A stretch of 64,000 nt of DNA from contig CAZVVY010000001.1 of the NCBI GenBank assembly GCA_964630975.1, forward strand, positions 2,610-66,609, written 5' to 3'. This DNA is from Candidatus Micrarchaeota archaeon. GTDB lineage: Archaea > Micrarchaeota > Micrarchaeia > Norongarragalinales > Norongarragalinaceae. The notes under the pieces were generated by a model. The model was not told the DNA's origin and did no database searches. It worked only from the letters and a program-made list of their open reading frames with translations. Position 1 is the stretch's first letter. Each line of letters starts with the position of its first letter. Position numbers and translations under genes: made by a program. Below, one piece after another: positions 53,830 through 63,522 of this stretch.

Positions 53830-54332
53830 TCCAAGTTCTCCCCCTTATGCATTCCTTCATACAAGTGCTTTGATTCCTTGTCGAGCGAGGCGAACACGAG
53901 TTGCGCGATTTTCGCGCCTTTTTTGAGGCGGACGCCGCGCGGGTTGTGCACCACTAACAAGCCTTCGCCCTTGCCGTGGTAGCCCGGGTCCCACCAACCG
54001 TTGTATAAGTCGCACCCGCACCTCGCAAGAGAAGACCGCGCAAAAGTTATTGCGGCGAGGTCCGACGGAATGCGCACTTCTTCGGCGAACCGAACCTTGT
54101 AAGCTCCTTTCCCGAGTTTCACCCATTCCCCTTCAAACAACAACTCTTTTACTTCGCTTATGACGCGCTCCGAATTGTCGTAGTCGAGCGCGCCCTCGCC
54201 CGAGAACTCGAACGCCTTGTCGAGCGTCAAGTCAATGCTTGCCGGCTGCAACTGGTGCGCGGGGTCGCGCAACCCCTCCGCTATTGACTGGGTTGCAATG
54301 CGTTCGGCCAACGATTCCCTTCCCAAAATCAT
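53826..54332 (-). CDS. dut: Trimeric dUTPase (dCTP deaminase family)
   Basis: QLQPASIDLT, ARSSLARCG, WDPGYHG, IAQLVF, YEG. Confidence 0.82.
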   Translation of the reverse strand: MILGRESLAERIATQSIAEGLRDPAHQLQPASIDLTLDKAFEFSGEGALDYDNSERVISEVKELLFEGEWVKLGKGAYKVRFAEEVRIPSDLAAITFARSSLARCGCDLYNGWWDPGYHGKGEGLLVVHNPRGVRLKKGAKIAQLVFASLDKESKHLYEGMHKGENLE

Positions 54333-54760
54333 TTTCGTTCCCCAAAGTAAGGCGCCCAAACACGCAACTCCTTTTCCGCGTCTTCAACGCTTGCCGAACC
54401 GTGAATCGCGTTGCGCGTCTTGTCCGTCGCCCACTTCGCGCGAAACGATTCCGGTTTTGCCTGCAACGGGTCCGTCTTCCCCATCATTTCCCGGCACTTC
54501 GACACGGCGCCGTCCCCTTCGACTACGAACAACACGATTTCGTGGCCCGCCACGGACTCGACGAGCGCCCCGTAAAAGTGTTTTCCCTCGTGTTCGGCGT
54601 AATGCTCTTTCACGGTTTCCTTACTCGGAGTAACGCGCTTTTTTTGGAGTACGCGCAAGCCCGTTGCGTTGAGGCGCGCTTCCAAATCCTTTTCGGCTTC
54701 TTGTTCGCGGTCGCTTTCCGCGAGGTCGGGCTTGAAAAACAACAGGGTTTTTTCTTTCAC
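54329..54760 (-). CDS. ndk: Nucleoside diphosphate kinase
   Basis: KPD, HYAEHEGKHFY, REMMGKTDP, RNAIHGS. Confidence 0.94.
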   Translation of the reverse strand: MKEKTLLFFKPDLAESDREQEAEKDLEARLNATGLRVLQKKRVTPSKETVKEHYAEHEGKHFYGALVESVAGHEIVLFVVEGDGAVSKCREMMGKTDPLQAKPESFRAKWATDKTRNAIHGSASVEDAEKELRVWAPYFGERK

Positions 54761-54942
54761 TTCTTTATTTCACCTTGTCCAATTTTTTTGCTTAACGTCT
54801 TCTCGTGTTCGTCGAGCGCCCGCACGTGCTCGTCAAGCTTTTTGGGGTGCCCGTCCATCTTTCTCACGTGCTTGTACACGTAGGCTGGCACTACGAGTTC
54901 CATCATTATCAAAAACATTTCGACTAAGAGTAAGGCGTCCAT
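54757..54942 (-). CDS. Small single-TM hypothetical protein
   Basis: 61 aa, N-terminal TM; stop overlaps the ndk start. Confidence 0.55.
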   Translation of the reverse strand: MDALLLVEMFLIMMELVVPAYVYKHVRKMDGHPKKLDEHVRALDEHEKTLSKKIGQGEIKK

Positions 54943-54967
54943 TACTTTTTTTTAGCGCTCGCGGGTT

Positions 54968-55306
54968 TTAATGTTTTGCGCGCGGCCGGGCCTTTTTGAG
55001 TTTGCCTACTTCCTTGCGCAACGCTTTTACTTCGTCCAACAACATTTGCTGGCTTTGCGCCATTTGCACGAGTTGGTCTTCCACGGCGGGCTTGAATTCC
55101 CCGAGTTTCACCTGCTTTTCCTCGGCCGGCTCTTCAACGGTTTCCTCTGAAACGGCGGGAAAAACGCTTTCACGGATTCCCTCCAACACGTTCAACCCTT
55201 CCTCGTTATCCTCGAAGACGTCGCTCGCGTGCTTGTACTTGTAGTAAGCGTATGCGTCGAACGCCAAAACGCCCGCGCCCAACAAAGCGAAAGTAGTCGG
55301 TTCCAT
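54968..55306 (-). CDS. Single-TM coiled-coil hypothetical protein
   Basis: ATG at 55306; TM then acidic and coiled-coil region. Confidence 0.65.
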   Translation of the reverse strand: MEPTTFALLGAGVLAFDAYAYYKYKHASDVFEDNEEGLNVLEGIRESVFPAVSEETVEEPAEEKQVKLGEFKPAVEDQLVQMAQSQQMLLDEVKALRKEVGKLKKARPRAKH

Positions 55307-55341
55307 ACCCTTTAACTCCGAGTTAATGTGGTATTTATGTT

Positions 55342-58300
55342 TTACCGCCGGTAGCACTTCGTTTCGGGCGTTTCGATTTCGCCTTCGAAGAAGTCGTACA
55401 ACGGACCGGGCAAGGATTCCTGCAAGTCGCTGACCCAGACACTCACGTAAAAGTCCTTTTGGCCTTGTGCGTTGGTTTCCTTGCACAAACCGTAGTCCTC
55501 TTTTATTTCGCTTTGGTACGTCCAGTCAAAACCGCTTTCCCCGCTTATTTCCAACTCGGGGTAGTCGTATAACCCTTCCCAGTCGGTGTCGATGTTTTCG
55601 TCGTACCCGTCTTGTTCTTCTCCTCCGCAATACGTTTGAATGCTTAACTCTGGCACGCGCGGCCACGGAGCGCTCTTGCTTGAAACCAAGTCCCCGTATT
55701 TGATTTTCGCGTAATCCACGTAGTACTCGAGGTTTTCTTCGTTCTTGAAGTCGTATTTCAGCTTGTAGTACAGGTCGCCGTCTTTTTGAATGTAACAATC
55801 CGAAACGTATATCGCGAAGTAGTCGGTTTCGACCGTCTCGGGTTCGGCCGTTTCCGTTTCCTCTTCAGTCGGCTTCCACTCGAACCACTCGGTTGCCGGC
55901 TCTACGCATTCTTCGTCCGGGCAAACGCGGAACGACAGCGAAACCGGTTCGTCTTCGAAGTCGTGGAATCCGATGAAGTACTTGCCTGCCTTCCAAGAAC
56001 CTTCGACAACCGTGGGGTTATCGTCCTCCTTTATTTCAGCAAATCCGTCGCCTTCGAATTCCACCGAGCTCTTTTTGAGCGTCAACTGTATTTTTGCTTT
56101 CTTGTTTTTAAAGTCGTTGAATGAATCCGCAAACTCGTAGCCATTGTCGTGCTTGTAGAGCACGTCGGCTTCCTCGATGGCGTGCTCGAAACCCGTTTTA
56201 TCTTCGGCTTCTTCTTCCTCGCGTGATTCCTCACTCGCTTTTTGCACTGCGGAATAGCCGCCGTCGTAACGCTCGTTTATTTGTTGTTCGTTCAAGGCGA
56301 TGGTGCACGCCGCGTCCTCGTAGTACTTGTTGTTCTTCTCGTAAATTACTTGTTCGCCTACTTTTACCTCGCGGCATTCTCCTTGGCCGCCGTAAACGAA
56401 CGTCGTTATTTCCGTGTCGCGTTCGTCGGGCGACCACGAGTAAACGCGTTCGTCGGCGTCGTTGCGCACCACGATTTTTTGGGGGGTGCAGTCGCCTTCT
56501 TTTTTGGCGAGGTCGCCGCATCCTGGCGCTACAAGCCAATCGCTTTTCGTGAATGAAATGGTGGAGTCGGCGGCAACGCGGTAATCGCTTTCTTCGCCGC
56601 CTTCCTCCAAGTCCTCTGTGTAGGCGAGGCGGACCGGTATTTCGCGGATTTGGTGGTCGCCGGCTTCGGTTACTTCGAGCGAGTACTTGTTGGAGGAAGC
56701 ATACTTGGTTGCCTTGGCGGCGATTACGCCGTCGTCGCAATCGATTTTCACGGAGCCCGCGTCGTCGTCGCACTCTATTCCTTCTTCGCCGGTTTCGTAT
56801 TCGGCTTGGTCTCCGCCGTGTTGGGTTGCCAGCAATTGTATTATGGAGGGCGTGAAGTCGTCTTCGGTTATGGTTACGTCCACTGTCTTGGGTTGGGTTT
56901 GGTGGCCGGCAATCCACATCTCGATTTCGCCGTCGTCGTCTTCACCGAATTCGTCGTCCTCGTATTCCACGCTTATTTTGGTGCGGCTGATTGAAGTGGA
57001 CGCTATTCCTTTCGGTTTTTCCTTCCACTTGTACAACACGTTTCCGATTGCGTTGATTTCGCGGCTGTAATGCGCCTTGCCGGTGTGCGGGTTTACTAAC
57101 AACTCTATTTCGTCGGGGAGGCCGTACTCGTCGAGGCCTTCGGAGTCAACGTTGCCTTGAATGATTCCGGCGTAGCACTCGGGGGGAATCATGGGCGCGA
57201 ACGGCATTCCTTGTTGGGTGCCGGCAAACGATTGCGGGTCTTCAACGGTTACGGTTACGGGTATGCGGCGGGTTTCGCCCGGGCCCAGTTTTACTACGAT
57301 GAATCCTTTTTGGGTGCCGCCCATTCCCGCGTTTTGGTAATAGTCGGCGCCCGTGTAACTCGCGGTTACCTCGAGTTCTTCGTCGTTGCACGCGCCGATG
57401 GTGACTTGGACCGGCGGTTTCGACTGGGCGCCGTATTGCGCCGTCGAATAACTCGCGTCGGTGTACGGGCACGCGTAAGGGTTGCTGCACACGGCGGGGT
57501 ATTGGCAGGCGTAAGGCATTTGGTTGCCGTAATACGAGCCCGTGGAAGAGTAAGAGCACGCGCCCGGGTTCGTGCACACCGCGGGGTATTGGCAGGCGGC
57601 CGGCAAGCCATAGCCATAAGAAGACGCGGCCCGGCCGTAAGTGGAGTATTGGTAGTTGCCTTGCATTCCCTGCATGTTCAGCGGGTATTGCCGGCAGTAA
57701 TCGGGGATTCCCGTTGAGTAGGGTGCTCCGAATCCCCCGCTCGCGTAACCCTCGTAAAGCGAGCCAACGTTTTGGTAATATCCCTGCATCGAGTAATCGA
57801 CTTGGAGTTGTTGCCACGGAGGCGACTGCCACGAATTCGCTTGGTATCCCCAGTAATTCGAGGGCATTCCCGCGTACTGCGAAGAGTAATAATCGGTTTC
57901 GGTCGAGGGCGCGTAATTGAAGCCGTCGACCGCGCACTCTTCGGGCGCGTTGTAAAGCGAGATTAGGAATGACTCGGAGTCGGTGGGCGCGGCATTGCTC
58001 ACCGTCAACTCTATTGAGTCGGGAAGCGTGTCGGACCCTATTTCACAAGAATAACATTTTTGCGGCTTTTGCCTTCCGAAACCCGAAGCGCAACCGTACG
58101 CGGTTACTTCGCTGCACCCGCGCGCGTCCGCCTCGGATTCGGTTAGGCACGCGTAAGGGTGAGGGCACAAGGGAGCCGGCGGGCCTTGCACGTTTAAACG
58201 GGCGAGCACGGTTTCCTCGGTTTTCGAGCGTGCGTTCACGCGGGCAGTAAAGGAAACGTAGCAATCGGCTTTGGCCGTAACGTTTTCTTCGACTACGACG

Positions 58301-61300
58301 TTTACTTGCGCTTGGTCTTCGAGTTTGAACGATTGAGGAGACGCGTAAACGAGTGCGCCCGTTTCTTCAAAGCCCCGGTAGCACCGCACGCTCGTGCTCA
58401 CCCTGCTTTCAACGGGTAACCTGGAGGTAAGCGTAATGGTTTTTCCGAGGCCGGTGCTCGTGCCCGAAAACTCTATTACTTCGGGCTCGATTAACAGGAA
58501 GTCGCCGGCGAGCGCCTCCAGCTCGCAGGACTCGTAAGTGTTAAAGCCGTCGCGTTGCACGCGGACGCCGACGGTGCCGATTGTTGACGGGTTGAGTTGC
58601 ACGGCGTACTTGCCGTTTTCGCCGTTGTCGCGCGTGCCGTCGCCCACCAAATCTATTTCCTGGCCGTTCAACGGATAGTTTTCGCAGTCGTAGAAATTTA
58701 CCCACGCGTCTTCGACCGGGCGCGAGAATTGGTCGAGCACGGTGGCGCGCACTTTTTCGTTCAACCCGGCGATCATTGATTCGGGTGAAAGCATTACCTT
58801 GAATTTGTTGGTCCCCGTAACCTTCAAACGCAATACGTGTTCTTCTGTTGCCTGCGCCGCGTCGTCGCCGTAAGCATACAACGCTATTTCGGCGAGTGAA
58901 ACCGCGCGCAATGCCGTGAACGAAATTTTTCCGCTCGTCTTTTCGCCGATTGCGGCGTCGGCCTGCATAACTCTTTCGCCCGCACTGCTTTCGAGTTGGC
59001 TCGGGTAATCCAATTCGAGGCTCGCCAAGGGCGCGTTCAACGCGAGCACTTCGTATCCGAGTTGGAATTCCTTGCCGGCTTCCACTTCAAAGCCTTCCTC
59101 TTGTTTCCTGCCGTCGTACTCGAACCACAGCGCCGTACAATAGTTTTCGCCGCACTTCAAGGTGTCCGAACCGATTACGAGTTTTTGCGAGCGCTTTTCG
59201 GCAAAACAGTAGTCCTCGTGTGAAAGCTTTTTCTTGCCCATAAGCGTAGTCAACAAGGATTGGTCGAGCGGGCTCATTACGGGGAGGCCGCTTTTTTCGG
59301 CGTAAGCATGGTAGTAAAGCGTTGACTCGTCGCCTTTTTGCGCGCTCGGGCTGGAAAACAATTCCACTTCGATTTCGGCGGTGCCCGTGAAGCCCTTTGG
59401 GAACTCGGCGCGCACCCAATTATAGTATTCGTAGTCGGGCGCGTATTCTCCTTCTTCGCTTTCAATCGTTTCGCCGCACTCCGCGTCCAGGTAAGAACCC
59501 TTGCTTATTTCTGTTCGCGGCGCGTTCACCGACTTTATTGCGAACGCTTCGTCTTCCACGAACACGGCGTCGCCCAGTTTGATGGATGCCGTCGCTTCTT
59601 CGAGTTCGCTGGACGGCACGTTGACGAGGAAGCGCGCCGTGAAATATTCGGCGTTGGCTGCTTCCTCCACTTTTTCCCCGTTCGAATCATACAAACCGTC
59701 GAAGGTTATACTGAGAGAGTCCGCGAGGGCGCGCGGATACAACTCGACTTGCACGCTCAAGGTTTCTCCGGGCGCCACTATCTTGTTGACGGTTACGCCG
59801 TCCAAGTAGCCGTCCGATTCCGCCGTCAAGTAAAGCTCGGTTTCGGGGGCGGCCGAAAAGTCGCACGGGTTTTGCCCGCATTCTTCGAGTGCTTCGCCGT
59901 CCGCCCACAGCGTTATGCGCGCGCCGTCAATCGTTTCGCCGTTGGATGCGTCGACCGCTTCCGCGGTTATGGTGCCCGGCACGGGCTCGAGAACGATGAA
60001 TAATTCGGCTTCGTCGTACGCCTGCACGGCATCGCTTCTGCCTTTCTTGTAGCCCAGGGAAGCCGCGGCAACCAAGTCGTAAGCGGTTCCCGCAAGGTTT
60101 TTTGGAATGTTGAAAGCGGTGATGCCGTCGGCGCCCGTGCGCTTGGCGGGATAGCCGAGCTGGAAGCCGTCGGCCTTGAACAAGGTTACGAGTGCGTTCG
60201 GGGCGGGTTCGCCCGTTACGGCGTCCTTGGCGTGCACCTTTATTGCGGCGGTGCTTCCGGCAACCGCTTTTTCAAGCATTAATTTCTTGGTTTCCCCCGA
60301 GGAAACGAAGTCTTGCGCGGGCAAGTAACCTTCTTTGTATGCGGTCAAGTAAAACTCCTTGTTTTTGGCTATCGCGATTGTTGCCTTGCCGTCGGCGCCC
60401 GTGTTTGCTTCGGCGAGCAGGGAGCCGCTCAACCTCTCGAAAACCATTATGTTTGCTCCGGCAAGCGCTTCACCGCTTTCGGCTGCAATGCTTACGCGTA
60501 ACTCGCCTTCACCCGCCTCTTTTTTTTCGAGCCGGATGCGCGCCGCTTCGCCGCCCGCCGTAAACGATTCGGTTGAAGCGTAAGCCGCGTAAACCCCGCT
60601 CGGGTCGAACGCGTTGACTTTGAATTGCCAGGCGTTTGGCACTCCCGTGAATTCTGCCGCGCCGCTTGAATCGGTTTGGCCTTGGCGTTGCGCGGCTTGC
60701 GTGTTTGAGTCGGAGAGGGAAACGATTATGCCTTTCAACGGGTTGCCTTGCCCGTCTTCCACTAAGACGTACGCGTTAACCGATTCTTCTTCGTGTTCGT
60801 CGGCGTTGCGCGACAACTCGATTACTATGGGGCTTTCCCACTCGTATTTGTAAACCGTTTTTTGGTTGGATTGGAAGCCGTCGGCGTTGGCTTGAACGGT
60901 TCCCGTCGAATCCATTTCTCCGGGCACTTCCAAACCTATTTCCCCGAAGGCGTCGGTTCGGCCGGCTTCCGTGGTGCCGTCGTCGAGCAATAATACTACT
61001 TGAGCGCCTTCCACGTCGTGGCCGGTCGAGTCTCGCACGCGCACGGTTACCTGGGTGGCCGGCGGCGTGGACGAATCCAAGTAAACGGTTTTGCCCGCGG
61101 TTACGGGCTGCATTCGGTAGGCTTGATAGCCGCTTGCGTCAATGCTTGCCTTCAACGACTCGTAGTTGACGCCCTTGAATTCGACTCGGCCGTAATCGTC
61201 GGTCGTACCCGACCATTCCTTGCCGTCCTCATTGTAAAGCGTGACTACCGCCATCCTGACGGCGTCCCCTTCCTGCGAGAAAACTTTCAGGCTTACGTCG

Positions 61301-61467
61301 CTGGTTTCCGGGGCGAAAGGCGACAAGCCGGGAGTCAACAAGAGGGCGGCGCCGATTACGGTTGCCAAGAATATTGCGGGCACGAGGATTGCCGGCTTGG
61401 GCAATCCTTTTTCCGCGAGAGAGTCGAGGAAACCCTCGTACTTGTACTTCAATTCTTCAAAATTCAA
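55342..61467 (-). CDS. Giant (2041 aa) membrane-anchored surface protein with tandem carboxypeptidase-regulatory-like/Ig domains
   Basis: N-terminal TM; about six repeats of V.D..G..V.GA.V...TD..G; Cys-paired acidic domains; Tyr/Gln/Gly-rich insert. Confidence 0.85.
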   Translation of the reverse strand: MNFEELKYKYEGFLDSLAEKGLPKPAILVPAIFLATVIGAALLLTPGLSPFAPETSDVSLKVFSQEGDAVRMAVVTLYNEDGKEWSGTTDDYGRVEFKGVNYESLKASIDASGYQAYRMQPVTAGKTVYLDSSTPPATQVTVRVRDSTGHDVEGAQVVLLLDDGTTEAGRTDAFGEIGLEVPGEMDSTGTVQANADGFQSNQKTVYKYEWESPIVIELSRNADEHEEESVNAYVLVEDGQGNPLKGIIVSLSDSNTQAAQRQGQTDSSGAAEFTGVPNAWQFKVNAFDPSGVYAAYASTESFTAGGEAARIRLEKKEAGEGELRVSIAAESGEALAGANIMVFERLSGSLLAEANTGADGKATIAIAKNKEFYLTAYKEGYLPAQDFVSSGETKKLMLEKAVAGSTAAIKVHAKDAVTGEPAPNALVTLFKADGFQLGYPAKRTGADGITAFNIPKNLAGTAYDLVAAASLGYKKGRSDAVQAYDEAELFIVLEPVPGTITAEAVDASNGETIDGARITLWADGEALEECGQNPCDFSAAPETELYLTAESDGYLDGVTVNKIVAPGETLSVQVELYPRALADSLSITFDGLYDSNGEKVEEAANAEYFTARFLVNVPSSELEEATASIKLGDAVFVEDEAFAIKSVNAPRTEISKGSYLDAECGETIESEEGEYAPDYEYYNWVRAEFPKGFTGTAEIEVELFSSPSAQKGDESTLYYHAYAEKSGLPVMSPLDQSLLTTLMGKKKLSHEDYCFAEKRSQKLVIGSDTLKCGENYCTALWFEYDGRKQEEGFEVEAGKEFQLGYEVLALNAPLASLELDYPSQLESSAGERVMQADAAIGEKTSGKISFTALRAVSLAEIALYAYGDDAAQATEEHVLRLKVTGTNKFKVMLSPESMIAGLNEKVRATVLDQFSRPVEDAWVNFYDCENYPLNGQEIDLVGDGTRDNGENGKYAVQLNPSTIGTVGVRVQRDGFNTYESCELEALAGDFLLIEPEVIEFSGTSTGLGKTITLTSRLPVESRVSTSVRCYRGFEETGALVYASPQSFKLEDQAQVNVVVEENVTAKADCYVSFTARVNARSKTEETVLARLNVQGPPAPLCPHPYACLTESEADARGCSEVTAYGCASGFGRQKPQKCYSCEIGSDTLPDSIELTVSNAAPTDSESFLISLYNAPEECAVDGFNYAPSTETDYYSSQYAGMPSNYWGYQANSWQSPPWQQLQVDYSMQGYYQNVGSLYEGYASGGFGAPYSTGIPDYCRQYPLNMQGMQGNYQYSTYGRAASSYGYGLPAACQYPAVCTNPGACSYSSTGSYYGNQMPYACQYPAVCSNPYACPYTDASYSTAQYGAQSKPPVQVTIGACNDEELEVTASYTGADYYQNAGMGGTQKGFIVVKLGPGETRRIPVTVTVEDPQSFAGTQQGMPFAPMIPPECYAGIIQGNVDSEGLDEYGLPDEIELLVNPHTGKAHYSREINAIGNVLYKWKEKPKGIASTSISRTKISVEYEDDEFGEDDDGEIEMWIAGHQTQPKTVDVTITEDDFTPSIIQLLATQHGGDQAEYETGEEGIECDDDAGSVKIDCDDGVIAAKATKYASSNKYSLEVTEAGDHQIREIPVRLAYTEDLEEGGEESDYRVAADSTISFTKSDWLVAPGCGDLAKKEGDCTPQKIVVRNDADERVYSWSPDERDTEITTFVYGGQGECREVKVGEQVIYEKNNKYYEDAACTIALNEQQINERYDGGYSAVQKASEESREEEEAEDKTGFEHAIEEADVLYKHDNGYEFADSFNDFKNKKAKIQLTLKKSSVEFEGDGFAEIKEDDNPTVVEGSWKAGKYFIGFHDFEDEPVSLSFRVCPDEECVEPATEWFEWKPTEEETETAEPETVETDYFAIYVSDCYIQKDGDLYYKLKYDFKNEENLEYYVDYAKIKYGDLVSSKSAPWPRVPELSIQTYCGGEEQDGYDENIDTDWEGLYDYPELEISGESGFDWTYQSEIKEDYGLCKETNAQGQKDFYVSVWVSDLQESLPGPLYDFFEGEIETPETKCYRR
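57463..57597 (-). repeat. Two 48-nt intragenic repeats encoding ACQYPAVC(T/S)NP(G/Y)AC(S/P)Y
   Basis: Copies at 57550-57597 and 57463-57510. Confidence 0.8.
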
Positions 61468-61530
61468 TTGCGAACACCCCGGTAAAGCATTAACTTAGAT
61501 ATGGTTTGCGGGGGTTAAAAAAAGTCGCAT

Positions 61531-63063
61531 TCACGCGTTTTCGGGTTCGTAGTGGGGTTGGAGGTTGTAACAGAACTGGTTGGGTTGGGCCGGGTCGGTG
61601 CGCACGCTCGCCGAGTAGTCGAGGAACCTCATTTTCTTGGCGGCTCCCGTCCACTGCAGTACGGCGTAACAATTGCCTTCGCCGCAATCCTCCCGAGCAA
61701 GGGTTCCCTGCAAAACGTTTTCGAGGTCTTCCGCGCCGAACTCGTTTTCGCAGTCGCTCCACCCGCCGTCTGTCGAACCGCAGTCCCCCGATTCGGTGCA
61801 CAACTCCAAGGCGATCAGGTCTTGCCCCGAGTGCCCGGAAGGGTTCTTTGATTGGGGGTCGCCCCAGTAATCGCCGTCGCTTTCCTTTCGCCTTACCATT
61901 GAATACCGCGTGCACGCTTCCTGCACCGCGTCGTTGATTGCGTTGATTATGCTCTCTTCGCTCGTTGAATGGAAAGAGTAAGCGCCTTCGTCGCCGGTTA
62001 CGCTCCCGCAATCCGCTTTGCCTTCTTCTTGCAGGCCTTCACCTTCTTCTTCGTAACAAAGCCGGCTTTTACCTTCGGCGGGGTTGACTTCGCTTGCCAG
62101 CTCGCGGTAAACCTTGAACGCGTAATCATAGTACTTGTAGAGGGGGTAGTTCACGGGTAAATGGAAGTTGGCGTCGCTTATGGCTCCCGTGCGAATCTCG
62201 TTTCCCTTGCCGTCCGAGCTCTTGGTTCGCGGCAAGTGGGGGTAAATCGATTCTTCTTCAACGTTGATTTCAACGTAAAACGTTCCCTTCGAGCAATCGA
62301 TTACGTCGTCTTCATCGCATTCACTTGAAAAGCCGGTTTCATCGACTACGAGTTGATAGGTGTAGCCGCCGCGATCCAAATCCGTTTTTGTGCAACACTG
62401 CAGTTTTCCTTCTTCTTCCGCCATTTCGGCGAAAGCCCTGCAATCCATTAAGCTCGTACTCACCAGGGTTCGGCAGGCGTCGCCGTACCCTTCGCCTCCC
62501 AGGAATACTTCGAATTGCTTTTCGTTGGCGGACTCGAATCGGATTCCTTCGAACACGAACGTCTCCGAAATTTGCCTCATCCACTTGGGCAAGCCGTACG
62601 ACTCGGTATCGTCGCAACACTCGGATTTGCTTCCGCCGCCGGCAAGGCAGTCCTCGTCGCACACTTCCCCCCCGGAATGCGAGCAAATCACGTCGTGGAT
62701 AACGTCGTTCACGTAACTGCACGCGCGGTAGCGCAACACTTTTTCGTCGAGGTAACTGCTCCCCCCCGGAACGCTTCCGCCGCCCGCACCGGCAACGAAT
62801 TTCTTGTTGGTTACCCGAAACAAGTTGTCCCAGCACTTGCTGGACAAGAAGTCCTCGATGACGCGCGCCAGGTTTTCGCGGAACTGCGAGCCCATGTCGC
62901 TTCGGTACAGTTCGAGTAGGGACGTGACGCGGTTTTGGTAGGCTTCGTTGGCGATGAGTGCGACTTGGGCGGACTCGGCTTTGTTCATGTTGACCACGAA
63001 TATGACTGAGGTCAAGAAGAGTATGGTGCCGAGAAGGGGCGCTGCAATGAATCCTTTTCTCAC
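61531..63063 (-). CDS. Large Cys-rich pilin-like protein (class III signal peptide candidate)
   Basis: MRKG followed by FIAAPLLGTILFLTSVIFVV; many Cys; lies beside TadC-like and sortase genes. Confidence 0.65.
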   Translation of the reverse strand: MRKGFIAAPLLGTILFLTSVIFVVNMNKAESAQVALIANEAYQNRVTSLLELYRSDMGSQFRENLARVIEDFLSSKCWDNLFRVTNKKFVAGAGGGSVPGGSSYLDEKVLRYRACSYVNDVIHDVICSHSGGEVCDEDCLAGGGSKSECCDDTESYGLPKWMRQISETFVFEGIRFESANEKQFEVFLGGEGYGDACRTLVSTSLMDCRAFAEMAEEEGKLQCCTKTDLDRGGYTYQLVVDETGFSSECDEDDVIDCSKGTFYVEINVEEESIYPHLPRTKSSDGKGNEIRTGAISDANFHLPVNYPLYKYYDYAFKVYRELASEVNPAEGKSRLCYEEEGEGLQEEGKADCGSVTGDEGAYSFHSTSEESIINAINDAVQEACTRYSMVRRKESDGDYWGDPQSKNPSGHSGQDLIALELCTESGDCGSTDGGWSDCENEFGAEDLENVLQGTLAREDCGEGNCYAVLQWTGAAKKMRFLDYSASVRTDPAQPNQFCYNLQPHYEPENA

Positions 63064-63521
63064 GCTTTTTTTACTCCTCCCGAATTTTTATACCACCACG
63101 CGTAATACCCGACTATCGCTATTAACAGGGATGCGCGGAAGAGCACGTCGTGCACGAATTCGTCGAGGGTTAGCAGGGAAACGGTTATGCGTAAGGGGTT
63201 GAAGGCGAGAACGGCGAGGGCCGCGCCCGACGCCGCGCCGCTCAAACGTTTTTCGAGGGAGCGGTCTTCGCTTGCGAGAATCACGGCGAACAAGACGGCG
63301 ATTTCGAGGCGGCCCCAGCACGCCTCGTTTATTTCCGCCTTCCATTCGTCGTTGGACAAGTAGTGCGTTCCTTCTTCAAAAGAGAGTTGCACGGAGTTGC
63401 CTGCGGCGTTCAAGATTTGTTGTGGCAGGGCTGCGGAAACAAGTGATAAAGGGAACGAGAACAATCCGAGTGCGGCGTAGGAAGCCGCCATTACGAGGAG
63501 GGCGAGGGCGGCGAACCTCAT
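63060..63521 (-). CDS. Exosortase/archaeosortase family protein
   Basis: INEACWG (Cys), NPLRI (Arg), FVHD (His) triad in a multi-TM protein. Confidence 0.8.
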   Translation of the reverse strand: MRFAALALLVMAASYAALGLFSFPLSLVSAALPQQILNAAGNSVQLSFEEGTHYLSNDEWKAEINEACWGRLEIAVLFAVILASEDRSLEKRLSGAASGAALAVLAFNPLRITVSLLTLDEFVHDVLFRASLLIAIVGYYAWWYKNSGGVKKA

Positions 63522-63522
63522 T

